Source: Octopus sinensis
Lineage: Eukaryota
Assembly (NCBI RefSeq): GCF_006345805.1
Contig: NC_042998.1
Coordinates: 44,206,001-44,270,000 of the forward strand
Direction of reading: 5' to 3'
Length of the DNA: 64,000 bases
Part shown: piece after piece, positions 39,994-54,367 of the stretch
Numbering within the stretch: position 1 is the stretch's first letter
How the letters are laid out: each line of letters opens with the position of its first letter
Program-made: the position numbers and the translations under genes
Notes under the pieces: model-generated
What the model was told of the DNA's origin: nothing
Databases searched by the model: none
The model's input: the letters and a program-made list of their open reading frames with translations, nothing else

Positions 39994-41790
39994 AGGAAAC
40001 CGAAATACCAAAATTACACACTGTTTCTTTGTGGATGACTTAAAACTTTATGCAAAGCATATGCATGAGACGAAAAGGAGTTTTGGCCTAGTTACAACAT
40101 ATTCAAATGATGCAGGGTTGGAGTTTGGTCAGGATAAATGTTGTTATATGGTTATGAAAAGGGGAGAAACTATAAACCAGACTAGTAACATCTCCATCAA
40201 TGATTTGACTATTCCCCTGTATCTGACAAGGAATGTTACTGGTATCTAGGGGTTAATGAAAATATCTTTTACAATGGCATCTGTAACAAAACGAGTGTAA
40301 TAAAGAGTATTACAGCCGAATAAAGAAATTTTGGGCTTCAGAACTCTATGCATTCATTAAAACAGTGACCCAAAATGTGTTTGTAGAGGGCCACTGTTTT
40401 ATTGAATGCTAGATGAGATCCAAGTTATTGATGTGAAAACCCGAAAAATACTAACAAGCACAAAATTTCCACATACACAGTGACGTAGACCGCTTCTAGC
40501 TAAAACAAAAACAAGGCGGCAGAAGCTTAACATCGATCCGAAATGTCTTTGAATGTCACATCATATCCCTTCGGCAACATATTTTAACCAGCAAGTGTCG
40601 AGGTATCTCTTGACTAAGATTTCATTAATGAGGCTGATAACATCATAAGGCTTAGAAGGCAGCTCCTTGAGCAACACTCTTTATCTGATAACCTAGAATA
40701 CACACCCAAAGAAGCCGCACAACTCTACTGCAAATTATCATCAGACGAAAGGATGAGCCTATATGACTATGCATGGATATTTTAGATAGTAACATCGACC
40801 ATGAAACAGTTTATCATGGACCAATAGATGGATTACTACCCACCACTTTGAATGATATGCGTTTGCAATCCAGGAACAAGAAATATCAATCAATTACCTG
40901 ATACACAAAAGGGATAGAGATGCAGGAAAATCTGTAGAATGTGACAACCGATGCAGACTTTGTGAAGTTCACACTGAAGTGGTCACCCACATCATAAGCA
41001 GTTGTCCGAAAATGTCATCACGGTATTATCTACCGACGAGGCATGATGTTGTAGCTAGGACACTCTATAATGAAATCCGTCGGAAGGATAATCCCGAGGA
41101 CAAAGAAATAAGAACCCACAATATGGTAGAAGACATAGCCACTCACAATAAAAAGGAATGCTGGTGGGATGTACCAGTGAAGACCTCAATAAAACGTAAG
41201 TACAACAGACCTGATATAGTGATTTGGGATAAAGAAGAGAAAGTGTGCTCATTTGTGGAAATTAGCTACCCAGCAGATGTTAACATAAAGGTGAATATCA
41301 GTGAGAAATAGAACATCTATGCTAAACAATTCAGAAATCGGCAGTTACTCTGTCCGAATTACAAGTTCAGGTTTATACCTGTAATCTTTAGGGCCCTGGC
41401 TCTATAACACGCTGCCTAAATACCAATCTTGAGAATTTAGGCTACTCAAAACCAGAAAGATGAATGCTAATTCGAAGACAACAGATCCAATCCATCACTG
41501 GAACTGTAAAAACTGTAAAACTTTCCAGAATGTTATCATTTAAATACATATGAGCCTGTCTAGATATGCAACTATATGCATGAGAATACACACATAAAAC
41601 ATACAAATCTGCTCATACATACATACATACATAAATGCAAAAATCGTTGACGTTGAAATTCCAAGGAAAGAGCTTTTGATCTAGGTTAGAAACCGGTTCT
41701 TTCTCTATTGGCAATAAATCTTGACATAAACTTAATAATGACATACATACACGTATACAAACATAAATACATACATACGTAATACACACA
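39991..41790 (+). mobile_element. 5'-truncated R4/Dong-type LINE (RT + CCHC knuckle + RLE), decayed, embedded in (TACA)n
   Basis: ITHCFFVDDLKLYAK..GLEFGQDKC; QGGR; CRLCEVHTEVVTHIISSCP..RHDVVA; WWDVPV..NRPDIVIWDKEEKVCSFVEISYP; TACA repeats at both ends. Confidence 0.92.
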
Positions 41791-43424
41791 TACATACATA
41801 TGTAGTATGTAATAATTTCATGAAAAATAATACAAAATTGATAAATGTTTATTTCATTTGTATCTAAATATTACTTTCACTAATAAATTAGCTTTATTAG
41901 CAATGGATTTGTGACGGATTAGAGCATAATGATAGATACTTTGAGGTATGTTTCATGCAATTCTGTAAATAATGTAATATTCGAGGATTTTTCTCATACC
42001 TATCTCTCAAGAGTTTCCCATGCATGTACTAATGGATAAAACCAGAGCTTTCATCAAATCATGTCAGCACTTTTTTCAAATTCCTTTAATACCACGGAGC
42101 TGCAACGTCTTAAGGATATTTCTAATGAACCCTGCATTGGAATAGTTGCGTAATTAGCTGTATATGCAACACCGTTTAACTATTTCTTAGCAAAAAATGG
42201 TTTGATCCGCCTGTCATACTAACCACCCCTCGCACAATAACTCCAACACCTTGTTTAGACTGTGAAGAATTCGGCTCCCATATTTCAGTTTTGGCGTGCC
42301 TTGATCTGGAAAATTAACAAATTGATTTCTTTAGATCATATTACTGGCGACCAAAGGTTTTCAAATCACTTTTTCCCAGGCGCATATTTTAATTATTGCT
42401 ATTTGAAATCAATACTTGTAACTCTTTTCACACATTTGTGGTCTTTTAACATGTTCTTATATGACATAGTAACATATTCTAAGTACGTGCTACCTCACTA
42501 GCAGTTGCACGTTAATTTTTAATAACTGACCTGTTAACTGCCTTCTCTCTCCTCTCAGAAATGTTCTGAATAGAAGCATTTTCCCAGACAAACATCCTTA
42601 ATGATTGCAAAGTCTCTTTTCCTATATTTGGTGGGTCTAATTTTGCATGAAAATGTCTATCAAATTTATGTGGCTACAATATGTTCCGTAATATATTTTT
42701 TGTATTCAAATTATACCCACTTTAATCCGTATGTCGCACACATACATACATACATACATGAATACATAATACATGAGCAAACATACATATTTATGCATAC
42801 ATGGATCTATACATGCATATATACATAATGCATACATACATACATACATACATACATACATACATACATACATACAGTGTGATGCTGACAAACCTTTTTA
42901 AAGAAACTAACTTAATACCACAGCAAAGTCTATCACATAAAACGTTTAAAATACAAAAGTTAAAATCTAAATGATAAACAGTAAAACATATTTCCTTCAT
43001 TTGTTCTCTAATCTTTGCTTTAAAATCTATTAAGCGACGGCTGATCATTGATTAGAGAAATATCATATTCATACAAGTTTATCACTTAAAAACCATTACA
43101 ATCTAATTCATATTTTAATTCTCCAAATACTTCCGGGCATTCTTCTTGATTTAGCTTTTTACTAATGTCCCTTCAACATTTCCTTCCTATGAACGAAATC
43201 TGACGACTTTAGTTGTACTCAGAAGATTCCTCGATGGATTAGCTTCTATTGCATCCAATTCTTTGCTGATTCCACTAATTCAAGTAAGACCTCGCAACCT
43301 AAATTAACTTAGGAAGTTACAGTTGTAAGACCAGGTTTTTGTGGAATGTCTCATGCCTTTTTTCACGTCGAACCTTAAGATGTTTATCAAAGTAATCCTT
43401 TGTATTATATGCACAAGGCCTGAT

Positions 43425-43612
43425 TATTTTTTTAAGGGAAAGGCTGAGTCGATTACATGAACACCAGTGCTAAACTGACGGTTATTTTATCGGCCTGGAA
43501 GAATTAACACCGACGGCAACCTCGATGAAATATGAAATCAGAACGTAAAGACGGACGAAATACCTTTAAGCATTTTTCCGACATGCTAACGATTCTGCCA
43601 GTTCACATCTTT
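43425..43612 (-). mobile_element. Old SINE family B copy
   Basis: cagaacgtaaagacggacgaaatac..atgctaacgattctgccag. Confidence 0.75.
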
Positions 43613-45629
43613 AATGTTTATCAAAATATTTTCAAGGGACTGAATACCACGTTTCAAAAATACACTTGATCACATTTTCATGAACTTTCATATTTTTCAA
43701 TGTATGTTTCATTGGTGCAATAAAGGAAATTGTAAAGTTGTGCCTATGAATAGCACAGATAATGTTTAATGCTGCAGGTCATTTATCGCATACTTTACTC
43801 AACAATAAACTGCTGCAATCCAACAGTTACAGACGCAGAATACAATAACCCAATGAGAAATAATTCGTCTATCAAATGGTCTTTCTTGCAAAAACGATGG
43901 ATTATTGGCTATTCAGGTAGAATAACCATGATATTTCATTTGTTTGTCTGAGATATACAACGCAAAACTGCAGTAAAATGTTTTCTATTTTACTCTCATT
44001 TCTCACATTAAATTGACATGTTTTTATCGAGTGATATGTCCGTTACCATGTCAATTGTTTCGCTTCCATGTTTCGAATTCCACTTACTTCAACTTTTGCT
44101 ATACCCACAATTTTATGATAAAGATATAAATCTGCACAATTTTACTCAATTTAGATGGTGTTATTTGTGAATATTCTTTTATTTTGCGATACAAAATTTT
44201 TACCTAAAAAGCTCTGGCAGCCATATTTGAGTACTTAAAAGATTGTGTAAATCTACACATAATTGTCAGTATCTTATGTGTTGTTTTCTTTCAAATTTAC
44301 ATGCAGTTTTATTTCAATATAACCATATCGTCTCTTGCCATCCAACTTATTCAGCCACTTCTGTATGAAATACATTTCTTTTTTCACATCCACACATGTA
44401 TTATAAAGCTGTATGTCGAATTATTTTTCTACTGCTAGCAGACCAATGAAACATTTACGTTTTGAATTTAATCTTTTAAAGTAAATTATCTGCTTTTAAC
44501 AGTAGCATGTAAACATAAGCTACCGGCGTGATAACAGCATTAACAATTTCCATTCGATACATTAACTGGGAAAGCTATTTTGTAACCGCAAGTAAGTGTA
44601 TATACTTTAAACGATAAATGTCTCTGAGCTAACGCTATGGGAATCTTCTTTACTCAGATTTCATTTTGCGCTTACATTTTTTCGCTCGTGTATAATTTAA
44701 TCAAAATCAATGTCAAAATTTTCCCAATTTTCCCATTTTTTACTCAAACGTAAGTATGTGTATTTATCTACATATGGTAGTATGTTTATGTGTATGTATG
44801 CATGTGTGTATGCATATATCCATGCATATGCATATATTTACATATATATGTGTGTATATACATACATACGCACACACACATGTAAGTTGAAAATGCACTT
44901 AATATAGTTAATATATTTTCAATTTTTTTAAAGCTTTAACCGGTTTCACAGTTTACATTGATTTTCAAAAAGTTGAAACAGAAAGGCGTGGCTTATGTCG
45001 CAGCTGTCTTGCTTCTCGGTAGTGTTTAAAGCTTGCTCTATTTTTATAAGGAGTTCATAGCTGAAATTAGTAAGTTTTGAATCGGATTTGATTGGTAGAG
45101 GATAGTCACATGAATTTTCTTAGAATCTTTGTAGGTTCCCCGCTACGTCTCTGTGTTAGTATCAAGTAACAATGTTTGGTGCCATAATTTAAGGCTGACA
45201 CGGTTGACTGAACATGTCAAAACACTCAATGCTCTGAATATTTCCGTCAAATGTTCGTAGAGAATGAACACATGATTAAATTTATAACTTATTGTACGTT
45301 TCTCACCACGTCCATGCGTTAGTGACACGTGACAGTATATTTTGCGCTTAAAAACAAAAGCGACGCGGGTGAGTGAACGTGTCTAGGTATAATCAAGGCA
45401 CTCTCAAACAAGATATATGTGCTAAAAATAATTCCCTAACATTCCAGATCTTCCCACTGTATCTACGTTCAGCGAATACCACAGATGAAGCACTAATAAA
45501 CAAAGACAATACTTTCATGCAAATATACAAACCAAGTCCTAACAAACTTTAACAGAGTACATTCACAAATAACTATTCATATGCAAAACTCATTCGACCA
45601 CTTATGATGAGGAACCTACAGATATATAT

Positions 45630-46150
45630 ATATGGAGAATTCACAAAAAAACAAAAGACGAAAACAGGTGGTTACACAACAAACAGATGTATTAGTATAA
45701 CGCTCGAAAAGTGAAAAATTCTTTAACGTTTCGAGCCTACGCTCTTCCACAGAAAGAAACAAGGAGAGAAAATAAAGAACGTGTAGTAGCTAGCGATCTA
45801 TCATGTCAAAGGCCAGACAGAAGGGTCACACAGGAGAGCTAGGGAGAAGAGGAGATAATAAAGTGGTGGTGATCCCAAAACGAAGGTGCGAGTGCGTGTG
45901 TATAAGAGAGTTTATATGTGCATGTGGAAGAGCGCTGGTGATCTTGACGTGTACGTGTGTGTATGTGTTGGTGTGAAAATGTAGGTCTGGGAAGTGGTCA
46001 GTGCTGATGTGTGCCTTGCGGTGTGTTGTGATGTGATGTGTTGTGTGATATGGTGGTATAATGTGTAGTGTGGTGTGGTGTGATGGTGTTGGGGGTGTGG
46101 GAGGCGGGAGTGGGGAAAGCAAAGGTGGGGTGTGTGTCATATACACAAAT
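45630..46150 (-). mobile_element. Longest family H copy with C/A-rich 5' extension
   Basis: Homology to the 28054 and 63760 copies; 3' end joined to (TA)n. Confidence 0.75.
45721..45756 (-). ncRNA. Minimal type-I hammerhead motif, variant core CUGUGGA, perfect stems
   Basis: CTTT-CTGTGGA-A-GAGC-gtag-GCTC-GAA-ACGT-T-AAAG. Confidence 0.7.
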
Positions 46151-46214
46151 TTTATGTCTAGTTTAGAGCAAAATTGGGCATAGTATTTATTATTAAATCA
46201 CAGAAATTTTACTG

Positions 46215-46385
46215 CGCCAGAGAAGATGCTTGGCAGTATTTCTTCTGAGTTTTATATTCTGAGTTCAAATGACACCAAGGTTGAGTTTGCTTGTCATACT
46301 TACGGGGGTCGACAAAATATGTAGCTGTTAATCGACTAGCTCCCGAGCCCCAAAGTTTCAAGTCTTGTGTTTATATTAGAAAGAT
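46215..46385 (+). mobile_element. Old SINE family B-like copy
   Basis: ttctgagttcaaatgacaccaaggttgagtttgc..ggggtcgacaaaat. Confidence 0.6.
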
Positions 46386-49300
46386 TCATTAACCCACATA
46401 CGTCGTTCGAATTACACATGTTGAGAGAGAAACACTTTCTTTTTCTGCATATAAGTGTGCTACTCACAAGTGGTACGTTTGTTTATAGTATTCAATATAT
46501 TTTTGGCCTTCAGCTTAAATGAATATAAAATTTCTGTCTCCCACCTCATTCTCATTCTGTTTGTCTCGCTAAAATACTTACCACCCTTCGGTTCTCTTTT
46601 TTCTCCCAATCCTTCTTCGATATTTCGTACAATAACGTCATAATTTCATCCTGTATCTCACAAACTCTCTTTCTCTCACTCTCTCTTTCTGTCTCTCTTT
46701 CTCTCTCTCTCACACTCTCTGTTTCTCTCTATCTGCCCGTCTGTCTGTCTGTATCCCCCCCCTCTCTCTCTCTCTCCATCTCTCTTACTGTGAATATTTA
46801 TTCTTTTCGATGCATTTAGCATTTTCCACTATAGAGAAAGTCCTGTATTATTTTCATCCTGGAAATACGAAGCGAAAATAAACTTTAAAAGCTGTTTCAA
46901 ATAACGTATGAAGATGAGTATAATTATTTATCCATGTTACTGCTTTATATAATTATATACATATAATTATATATGCATCAATGAAGGTGGAAACGTAAGT
47001 GTTAACACTAATAACAATCTTATATAACATTTTATACATCGATTCATTCGCAAAATCGTCATAATTTTAATAGAATTTAAATTTCATTTTAACTAAAGTT
47101 ATGGTCGTCTTTCAAATTCACCGTTATCTTATTCCCGTATGAATATTTTAATGATTATTTATTCTGTACGGGATTTAAAAGTCTTTCAGATATCAATATA
47201 ATTATTTGATGTCGCCATAAACTACAATAGAAGAGAAATTCATTGGCTGTATCGACTGTCGCTTTTTATTTTCTATAGAATTTTTGTCAAATGGGTTACT
47301 AAAAGTCTGGGTTTGTTTTTATATGTGTGTGATTTTATTTGATGACACAACGATATTTAAATTTCGTTTTCACATTATATACAGCATTATATCACTAATT
47401 AATACAAGCTAAAATCATTTCTTTTATTTTCCTATGTTTCTGTAATTAATATTATCTTCTCTCAATGTTAATGGTATTTCATTATTTCTGTTCGTCACGC
47501 TGTTTCCAATCATTTTTTCTCTCCCAGTTCCTCTGTTTATATAATTAAACAGTTTTTGCTTTCAGATGCCCTTTTAGTCTCTTAAGATTTCCTCATAAGA
47601 CGTTAAACAACCGATAAATTTTATTTCTGTATTGTCACTTTCTTCAGTTTTACATCTTATTCATTTGCTTTTGTTTTGGCTCCTGTCTGGAATTTTGCTA
47701 CATCTGTCAATCTTCGGGGAATACCAGTCAGACAATCAGTAATTATGATGGCACATTTTACGTACTGCAATGTTAATTACAGAATAATAAACCTAGGTCT
47801 ATTCTACATAGATTGTAGATAGTTATATTGTTTCGCTTACTAACAGATCACTTCCCAGTATTTAAAAATGCGGCAACATGTGACATATTTTATTTTCCAG
47901 GAAAATAGGAGTGGGATAGAAATAGTTACATTAAATCCCAACAAAGAAGTTGACATCTACGTTGCGAAAAGTCTTTTATAACTAATTTGAACTGATACAA
48001 TATACACTCATGTTGTTGTTGTTGTTTAACCCCGTTTCAGTTTTGATTAACCAGTCCTATGTTTATAAACGTTGTATCTTTGATTTTGTATGTCTAAGAC
48101 TACGTTTTCCAATATATTCATCCGTTTCTAAAATGATAAATGTTAGTGGGAGCAGTGTATGAACATCTACAGTTTTATTAATTTGTAATTCAAAATTCAA
48201 TTCTTCGGAGACAACAATAATTTATCATAAACAGATCTTCCGCAACTATCTCACAATACACACAATAGAAATGGATATTCACAAAGTCAACCAAGAAAAT
48301 AATATGAATCACCCACTTAAAAAGTGTGTTACTTTCATATTATTATTCAAAACGTTTAGAGCAAAGTCGATCCAATGGTGATTTAATTCAGAATGGAACC
48401 AAACTATATTCCAATATAAATTATTTCTGCTCTGAGTCATTTATATTTTATTATTATTTTTTTGTGCGGAATAACTTCCTGTTTTATCAATCTATCAGCC
48501 GCTATTGATCACAAGCTAGCTGCTTCTGCTGTTTTTTGAATGAAAACGGAAGAACGGTGACTGGTGAATTCGACAGCATTGACATTCATAGCGGCAGAGA
48601 TATGCGAGTAGCTACTTCGGCTATTCTACAAGCCGCGTCTAATTTTCTCGGTAGTGAAGTTAGTAGTTTCATCTCAAGGATGAGAACAAGACACCGACAT
48701 GTTTCATGGTTGTTTATTCTTTCCTGTGCACATGTTTGCCATTGTCTCTCTTATTCGTTGGTGAAATTTTTATACGAAAGGGAAGCAAATTTTGTTTGTT
48801 ACCATTGTAGAATTCTACACACATTCTCTTACAATTAGCGCTAAAAGATAACTAAAATGTGTTACAGGTCAAGGCCGGATCGTGAACACAGTTACTTTTT
48901 AGTTTGTGACATTTTGCTTCACTCTGCATTAGCTGATATTCTAATTATCTTTTTATATATTACAATTAGTGTAATATTACTAAAATTATTCAACCTGATA
49001 AAGCAATGCCATGGATTTATTTATCATTGATTGTCTTTGTTGATGCATGTACCTTGCAATTTATGTAATGCTTTTGTCCTGATTTACACTACAGAAATTT
49101 ATTCATTCGCACTATCTCCCTTCTGACTTTTCCTTCTCTATCACTCACGAAACTATTAAAATCTCATATAGGATACCGGATATTTAATTTTGTAAACGTA
49201 ATGCCTTTACTAAGGCATTAAGAATAACTGGAAAGAGAAATAACTAGGTTTTGATCGAAGACATATCACTGAGTATCTTACGTCTATATCTCTCTGAATT

Positions 49301-51109
49301 TTACTGCAATAATGCTTTACTTTTTACATTGTTGATATAATCTACCTAATAGGCAACAGAGTGCCTTCTGTAACAGAATACATTTACTTCTCCAAGCATT
49401 TAATGCGTACACTTAGTGAAATTACAACAGAAATATTTCCATCTGTCGAATTTATGCTGTCAAGGCAAGATTTAGTTTTCTCAAGTACTGTACGCAGGTT
49501 TCGGTTTTATCATGCTGGAATATCTTACCAAAGGGTTCTACTTATATACGATTACACTTGATTTTCAGTTATAGTTATTTAACAGAAATTTACAATATTA
49601 TTATTAACTTGCTAGTTTTTGTCGAACGGCAGTATAATGTTATCAATATTTCTATCTTCAAATTTATTTCATAAACTATAACAGCCTACTTGTTATCATT
49701 TTCCCAATATCAGAGAAAAATTGTTTCTTTAATTTTAATTCTTGTTTAGTTCGTTTTCATATTTTCTGAGAAATTAATCTATTCCTTGATTTTCTTCTCC
49801 GTTCGGAATAGAATTTTTGATTAGTTTTTCTGCACAACAGATTCTTATATCTTTTTTTTAATTTTCATTTTCTATCTTCTGTTAATTTCTTTAGTTTGTT
49901 TTTGTTGTCTTTTTTAACATATTCCAGCAATGCTCTTTTACAAACATCTAATTTTTTGTTATCTTACCGATTTTCGTCCTAGTCATCCAATATACACTCA
50001 CATCTTTCTACAGTGAACAAGTTCAATGGGAGATATTTTATAAAAACTGCGGAAAATAATTAATTCTATCATTAGCAAAAACAAAAATAATAAACAGATT
50101 GAACTTTCCCCTATCATACACTATGGATATCGTGAATGAATTTCATATGAACATATCGTTTCTTTTTATTAAGTATTTCTTAAACGGTTTAGGTCACGTC
50201 AACAGTAATATCATCTTCACCATAGTCGCCATCATCGTCGGCACCACCGTTGCTATCGTCTTTATGACTTGATCGTCCACAACATTATTGTCAATTCCGG
50301 AAAAAAATACGAACAGGCTTTTTTATCCGCATCTTAATAATTTTTCCTCCTATAATGCTTCCTTTTCCCAATTAACATTACAATTAGAGTCAACATCGAT
50401 GCTACCACCACCATTACACCTCACCAACACCATCATTATCCTTATCATCATCATCATCATCTTCAGTACCAACACCATTATCATCATAATCATTGCTACA
50501 AACCGCGTCGACGTCGCCCTCTTTATCATATTCATCATCATATTATGAATAACATTATCTTCATCTTTATTAGGAGCATCATCACTTCAATTTTTGTGTT
50601 CAAATTCAAATATTTCACAATAGTATGAAGCAGTAGCCGGTATTGTAAAAGTTGTAATAAACCCTTTCTATTCTTATTTGATGTAAACCCAATGCAATCC
50701 GGTTAATAACTACAGTGACAAAGGCAAAAATGCTCAGTATCCTAGAAAACTCTTTTAATCTAAAATATAAGATACGGAAACAAGCTAAGAGAAACCGAAT
50801 CGAAGAAATGTTATGTATTTGAGGATATATTCCTTTTCCATCTTGTGAGATACCAATTTACCTTCCATTTGCGGATATATATAAAACTGCTACAGTATGG
50901 TCAATGTGATGTAACTCAATGTAGGAAATGATATATACGAACAGGAGGGCGGTGATTCAGCTAGTGTATATAATGGAATAAGCAGATGCGCTTCAAAAGA
51001 AAACATTTGGGATCATACCCTACATACATCACACATACACGCACATATGTTTGTGAGTCTTAAGTTGTACCATTTAATGCAAACAACAACTTTTATGGAC
51101 TGACTATAC

Positions 51110-51298
51110 TGTCTTTATCTGTTTCAGTCATTTGACTGCGGCCTTGCTGGAGTACCACCTTAGTCAAGCAAATCGACCCCATGACTTATTCTTTGTAAGT
51201 CTAGTATTTATTCTATCGGTATCTTTTGCCGAACCCCTAAGTTACGGGTACGTAAACACACCAGCATCGGTTGTCAAGTGATATGTGGGGGGACACAA

Positions 51299-51329
<31 letters not shown>

Positions 51330-51602
51330 CATATACATATATACATATACATATATACATATACATATATACATATACATATATACATATACATATATAC
51401 ATATACATATATACATATACATATATACATATACATATATACGGCGGGCTTCTTTCAGTTTCCGTCTACCAAATCCACTCACAATGCTTTGGTCGGCCCG
51501 AAGCTATAGTAGAAGACACTTGACCAAGGTGCCACACAGTGGGAGTGAACCCGGAACCATGTGGTTGTTAAGCAAGCTACTTACCACACAGTAACTCCTA
51601 CG
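51110..51602 (-). mobile_element. SINE family A, full length, with an expanded internal 14-mer array
   Basis: Reverse-complement match to 59198-59603; (ATATATACATATAC)n at ~51323-51442. Confidence 0.92.
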
Positions 51603-52062
51603 ACTTTATCAAGTACTTTGTGTAATGGGAAAAAGAAAATTGAATGACAATAGTGTAATGACGATAATTTGATTTTTGTATGAGCGAGATCCGGAAATAT
51701 TCAGCCCTTCTAATGAGTGATATTACATGTTGTTCTATGATCCACGTCAGGTTCTAGTGGCCTATGTTGAAACCCATGCAGTCCGTCTTCATTTTGGCTT
51801 TGACTGAATTGTAATCTATCCAGATTTATATTATCTTGTATGCATATATTTTAATCACTTTGTATGATGGTGTGTTTCAACGAGAATTATTTGATAATTT
51901 TATCAGATATGGTGATAGGACTGCGCAGTCTCTGTGGAAGGAGGAAAATTATGGAGGACAAAAGATCTGAGGAGAGCAGCAATTAGTTTGGAATGATTAT
52001 CAAGAAGTTTAATAAAGCTGAATAGGCACAGGGAGGTATTACATAATAATAATCCAAATTGA

Positions 52063-52116
<54 letters not shown>

Positions 52117-52487
52117 TAATAAGGCTATAAATATTAATAAGATATTGGATATCAAAATATTTTATATCAAAACCGAGAAGAAAAGCACAGAATTATAGTG
52201 CTATAATTATTATTATAACAATCGCTTTTGCACAATTTCTAAGATTTCAAATTCAAACTTAATTTTAAGCAATAGCGTCTAGAAATAATCTCTGATGAAT
52301 GAAATTGAAATGCTTTAATTGTATTGCAAAGCTATTCGGTTGTAAATAAAAATGTTGAATTTTATTTTAATTCTATTGTAAGCATTCAACTAAATCACAT
52401 TTTATAGTCTCTCACTTTCATAGAAACTCGCAATAGAAAGCGCAGTGATACCCACACAATAAAATGGGTAATAATGGGTATCTATAT

Positions 52488-52672
52488 AAATCTCAGAATA
52501 CATTATTTATATTATTTTCATTGTTTACATTTGACGGATACTTGTCATCGTCTTGTTTGTTGTTAACGCAACGTTTAGGCTGATATACCTTCATCAGTTG
52601 CCTTGGAGAAATTTCGAACTTGGGTCCTCATTCCTAAAGTATTTTTCCATATTGTTGTTGTTGTTGTTGTTG

Positions 52673-52734
<62 letters not shown>

Positions 52735-52808
52735 TTCACAGCCTGGAATCGAACTCGGAATCTTGGGGTTAGTAGCCCGTGCTCTTAACCACTATGCCAT
52801 ATGCCCAT
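52488..52808 (-). mobile_element. Inverted copy of a tRNA-headed, hammerhead-bearing PLE terminal repeat (ribozyme decayed)
   Basis: Reverse complement of 53056-53338; A box TGGCATAGTGG, B box GAGTTCGATTCC, (TAA)n linker, CTGATGA with 10-nt stem II deletion and GAAA->TAAA. Confidence 0.85.
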
Positions 52809-53050
52809 CAGCTGATCATGTATGGGAAAATGGAGACCACCTCTTCCTGTTTGATGAAGTTAAAATAATAGACAGACAAAACCACCGGAAAATACGAAAA
52901 CTAAAAGAAGCATCACATGAAGCATCACTAAAAGAAGCATCACACAACAACCTCCAAAGCAGACAGAGTGCAGATATGAATAGCATATGGGAACCGGTAT
53001 TAGGGAGGGATAGGAAAATATTAAATTTACAAGCCCTAAAAATAAACTTC
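52809..53050 (+). mobile_element. Penelope-like GIY-YIG endonuclease C-terminal fragment
   Basis: ADHVWENGDHLFLFDEVKIIDRQNHRKIRKLKEAS..SADMNSIWEPVL fits the PLE pattern H.W...H...D.V.I.D.E.....R..KE. Confidence 0.8.
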
Positions 53051-53055
53051 ATAAT

Positions 53056-53338
53056 TGCCCACGGCGTAGTGGTTAAGAGCGCGGTGAACTAACCCCAAGA
53101 TACGGAGTTCGATTCCAGGCTGTGACCTGAAAAATAACAATAATAATAACATCGAAAAATACCTTATGAATGAGAACCCAGGTTCGAAATTTCCCCAAGA
53201 CACCTGATGAAGGCTGGAGGGTATATCAGCCGAAACGTTGTGTCAACAACAAACAAGATGAGGACAAATATTCGTCACATGTAAATAATGTAAATAATAT
53301 AGATAATGTATATAATTCCACATCTCTTAAATATAGAA
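53056..53338 (+). mobile_element. Direct copy of the tRNA-headed PLE terminal repeat
   Basis: A box CGGCGTAGTGG (~53062), B box GGAGTTCGATTCC (53104-53116), TAA linker, hammerhead; first run of 4 or more T at 53358-53362. Confidence 0.85.
53199..53244 (+). ncRNA. Type-I hammerhead ribozyme motif, canonical core, perfect stems
   Basis: GACAC-CTGATGA-A-GGCTG-gagggtatat-CAGCC-GAA-ACGT-T-GTGTC. Confidence 0.85.
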
Positions 53339-54367
53339 CTGTAGAAATCTCAGGATGTTTTTAAATGTTTCGAAAATTCAGCAATAGCTTACCTTAAGCA
53401 TATCAAACGCTAGTAGTTGCGTGTGTCGCAGATATATTACATTTTCCTTTGTTAAACGCTAGCCACTAACGATTCAGTCATGTATTTTTAAGACCTGTAT
53501 GTATTTATAACTATCTTACAACAACGGTTTCATTTTCCAACTCGCACTTGTATTAGTTTACAGTCAGTTTTTAATTAACGGCATTAATTTTTACCTGCTT
53601 CACTTAATACGTATCATTTCTTGAAAAGGCTTCAGCAGTTGTATCTTTGATTATGCTTGTTAACTATCATTAATGGGTTGTCTTTTAACAATTGCTCTTG
53701 TTTTGTTTTGTTGTTTTTTTTTGTGTGCATGTGCATATTTTATTTCCTGACAACACCAAGATGTTAAATGTCTAATTATATTAAAGTTCTTTGCTTGGAT
53801 CCCGTTTGCCTCTTATTTGGATCCAGTTTAGCTTCAACTTTGATTTGACAATGAGAAGATTCCCACAAGACGTTTATATGAACGAAAATTATGCAATATC
53901 AGTTTTCTGTATTGGTACAGCTAGAGCTTATCAGTGCAACAGTACTTTGGATAAGTTAGTAAGTAAATTTATCACGGAATATATTCATGAACAAATATGA
54001 ATCTAAATAATGTAATTAGTACTGAAATTACACTTGCAAAGGAGATTTACACTTAACTAGTAATTTGCAAAGGAGGAAATTAGCGGTTTGGAATTTCAAT
54101 TAACAGTCGGTGAACGCAATTTGCCGAGGTCTTCATACATTAAAGAATTCGTGTAAAACACAAGAAAGAAAGAAATCTCTTGCTTCCTATTTAACTTCTC
54201 TCCTTTTTATACAGAAACATTATCATAGAATTTCTTGTATAAATACTATGATTTGAAACAGTATTTTATACAGATTTGACTCAATTATTGCATTGATTTT
54301 TTAGGAGGGAATGAAATTGAATGATGCTGAAAACTGTAGATACAGTATTATTGCGGTCAAATGAAAT

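Noticed and set aside
48536-48838. 100-aa plus-strand ORF (NENGRTVTGEFDSID..)
   Set aside because: No convincing splice sites or motif, and the length is within chance expectation for this window
53056-53130. Possible tRNA gene (also the SINE heads)
   Set aside because: A/B boxes are present but the acceptor and anticodon stems are broken and the head is fused to repeat bodies, so it is tRNA-derived rather than a tRNA
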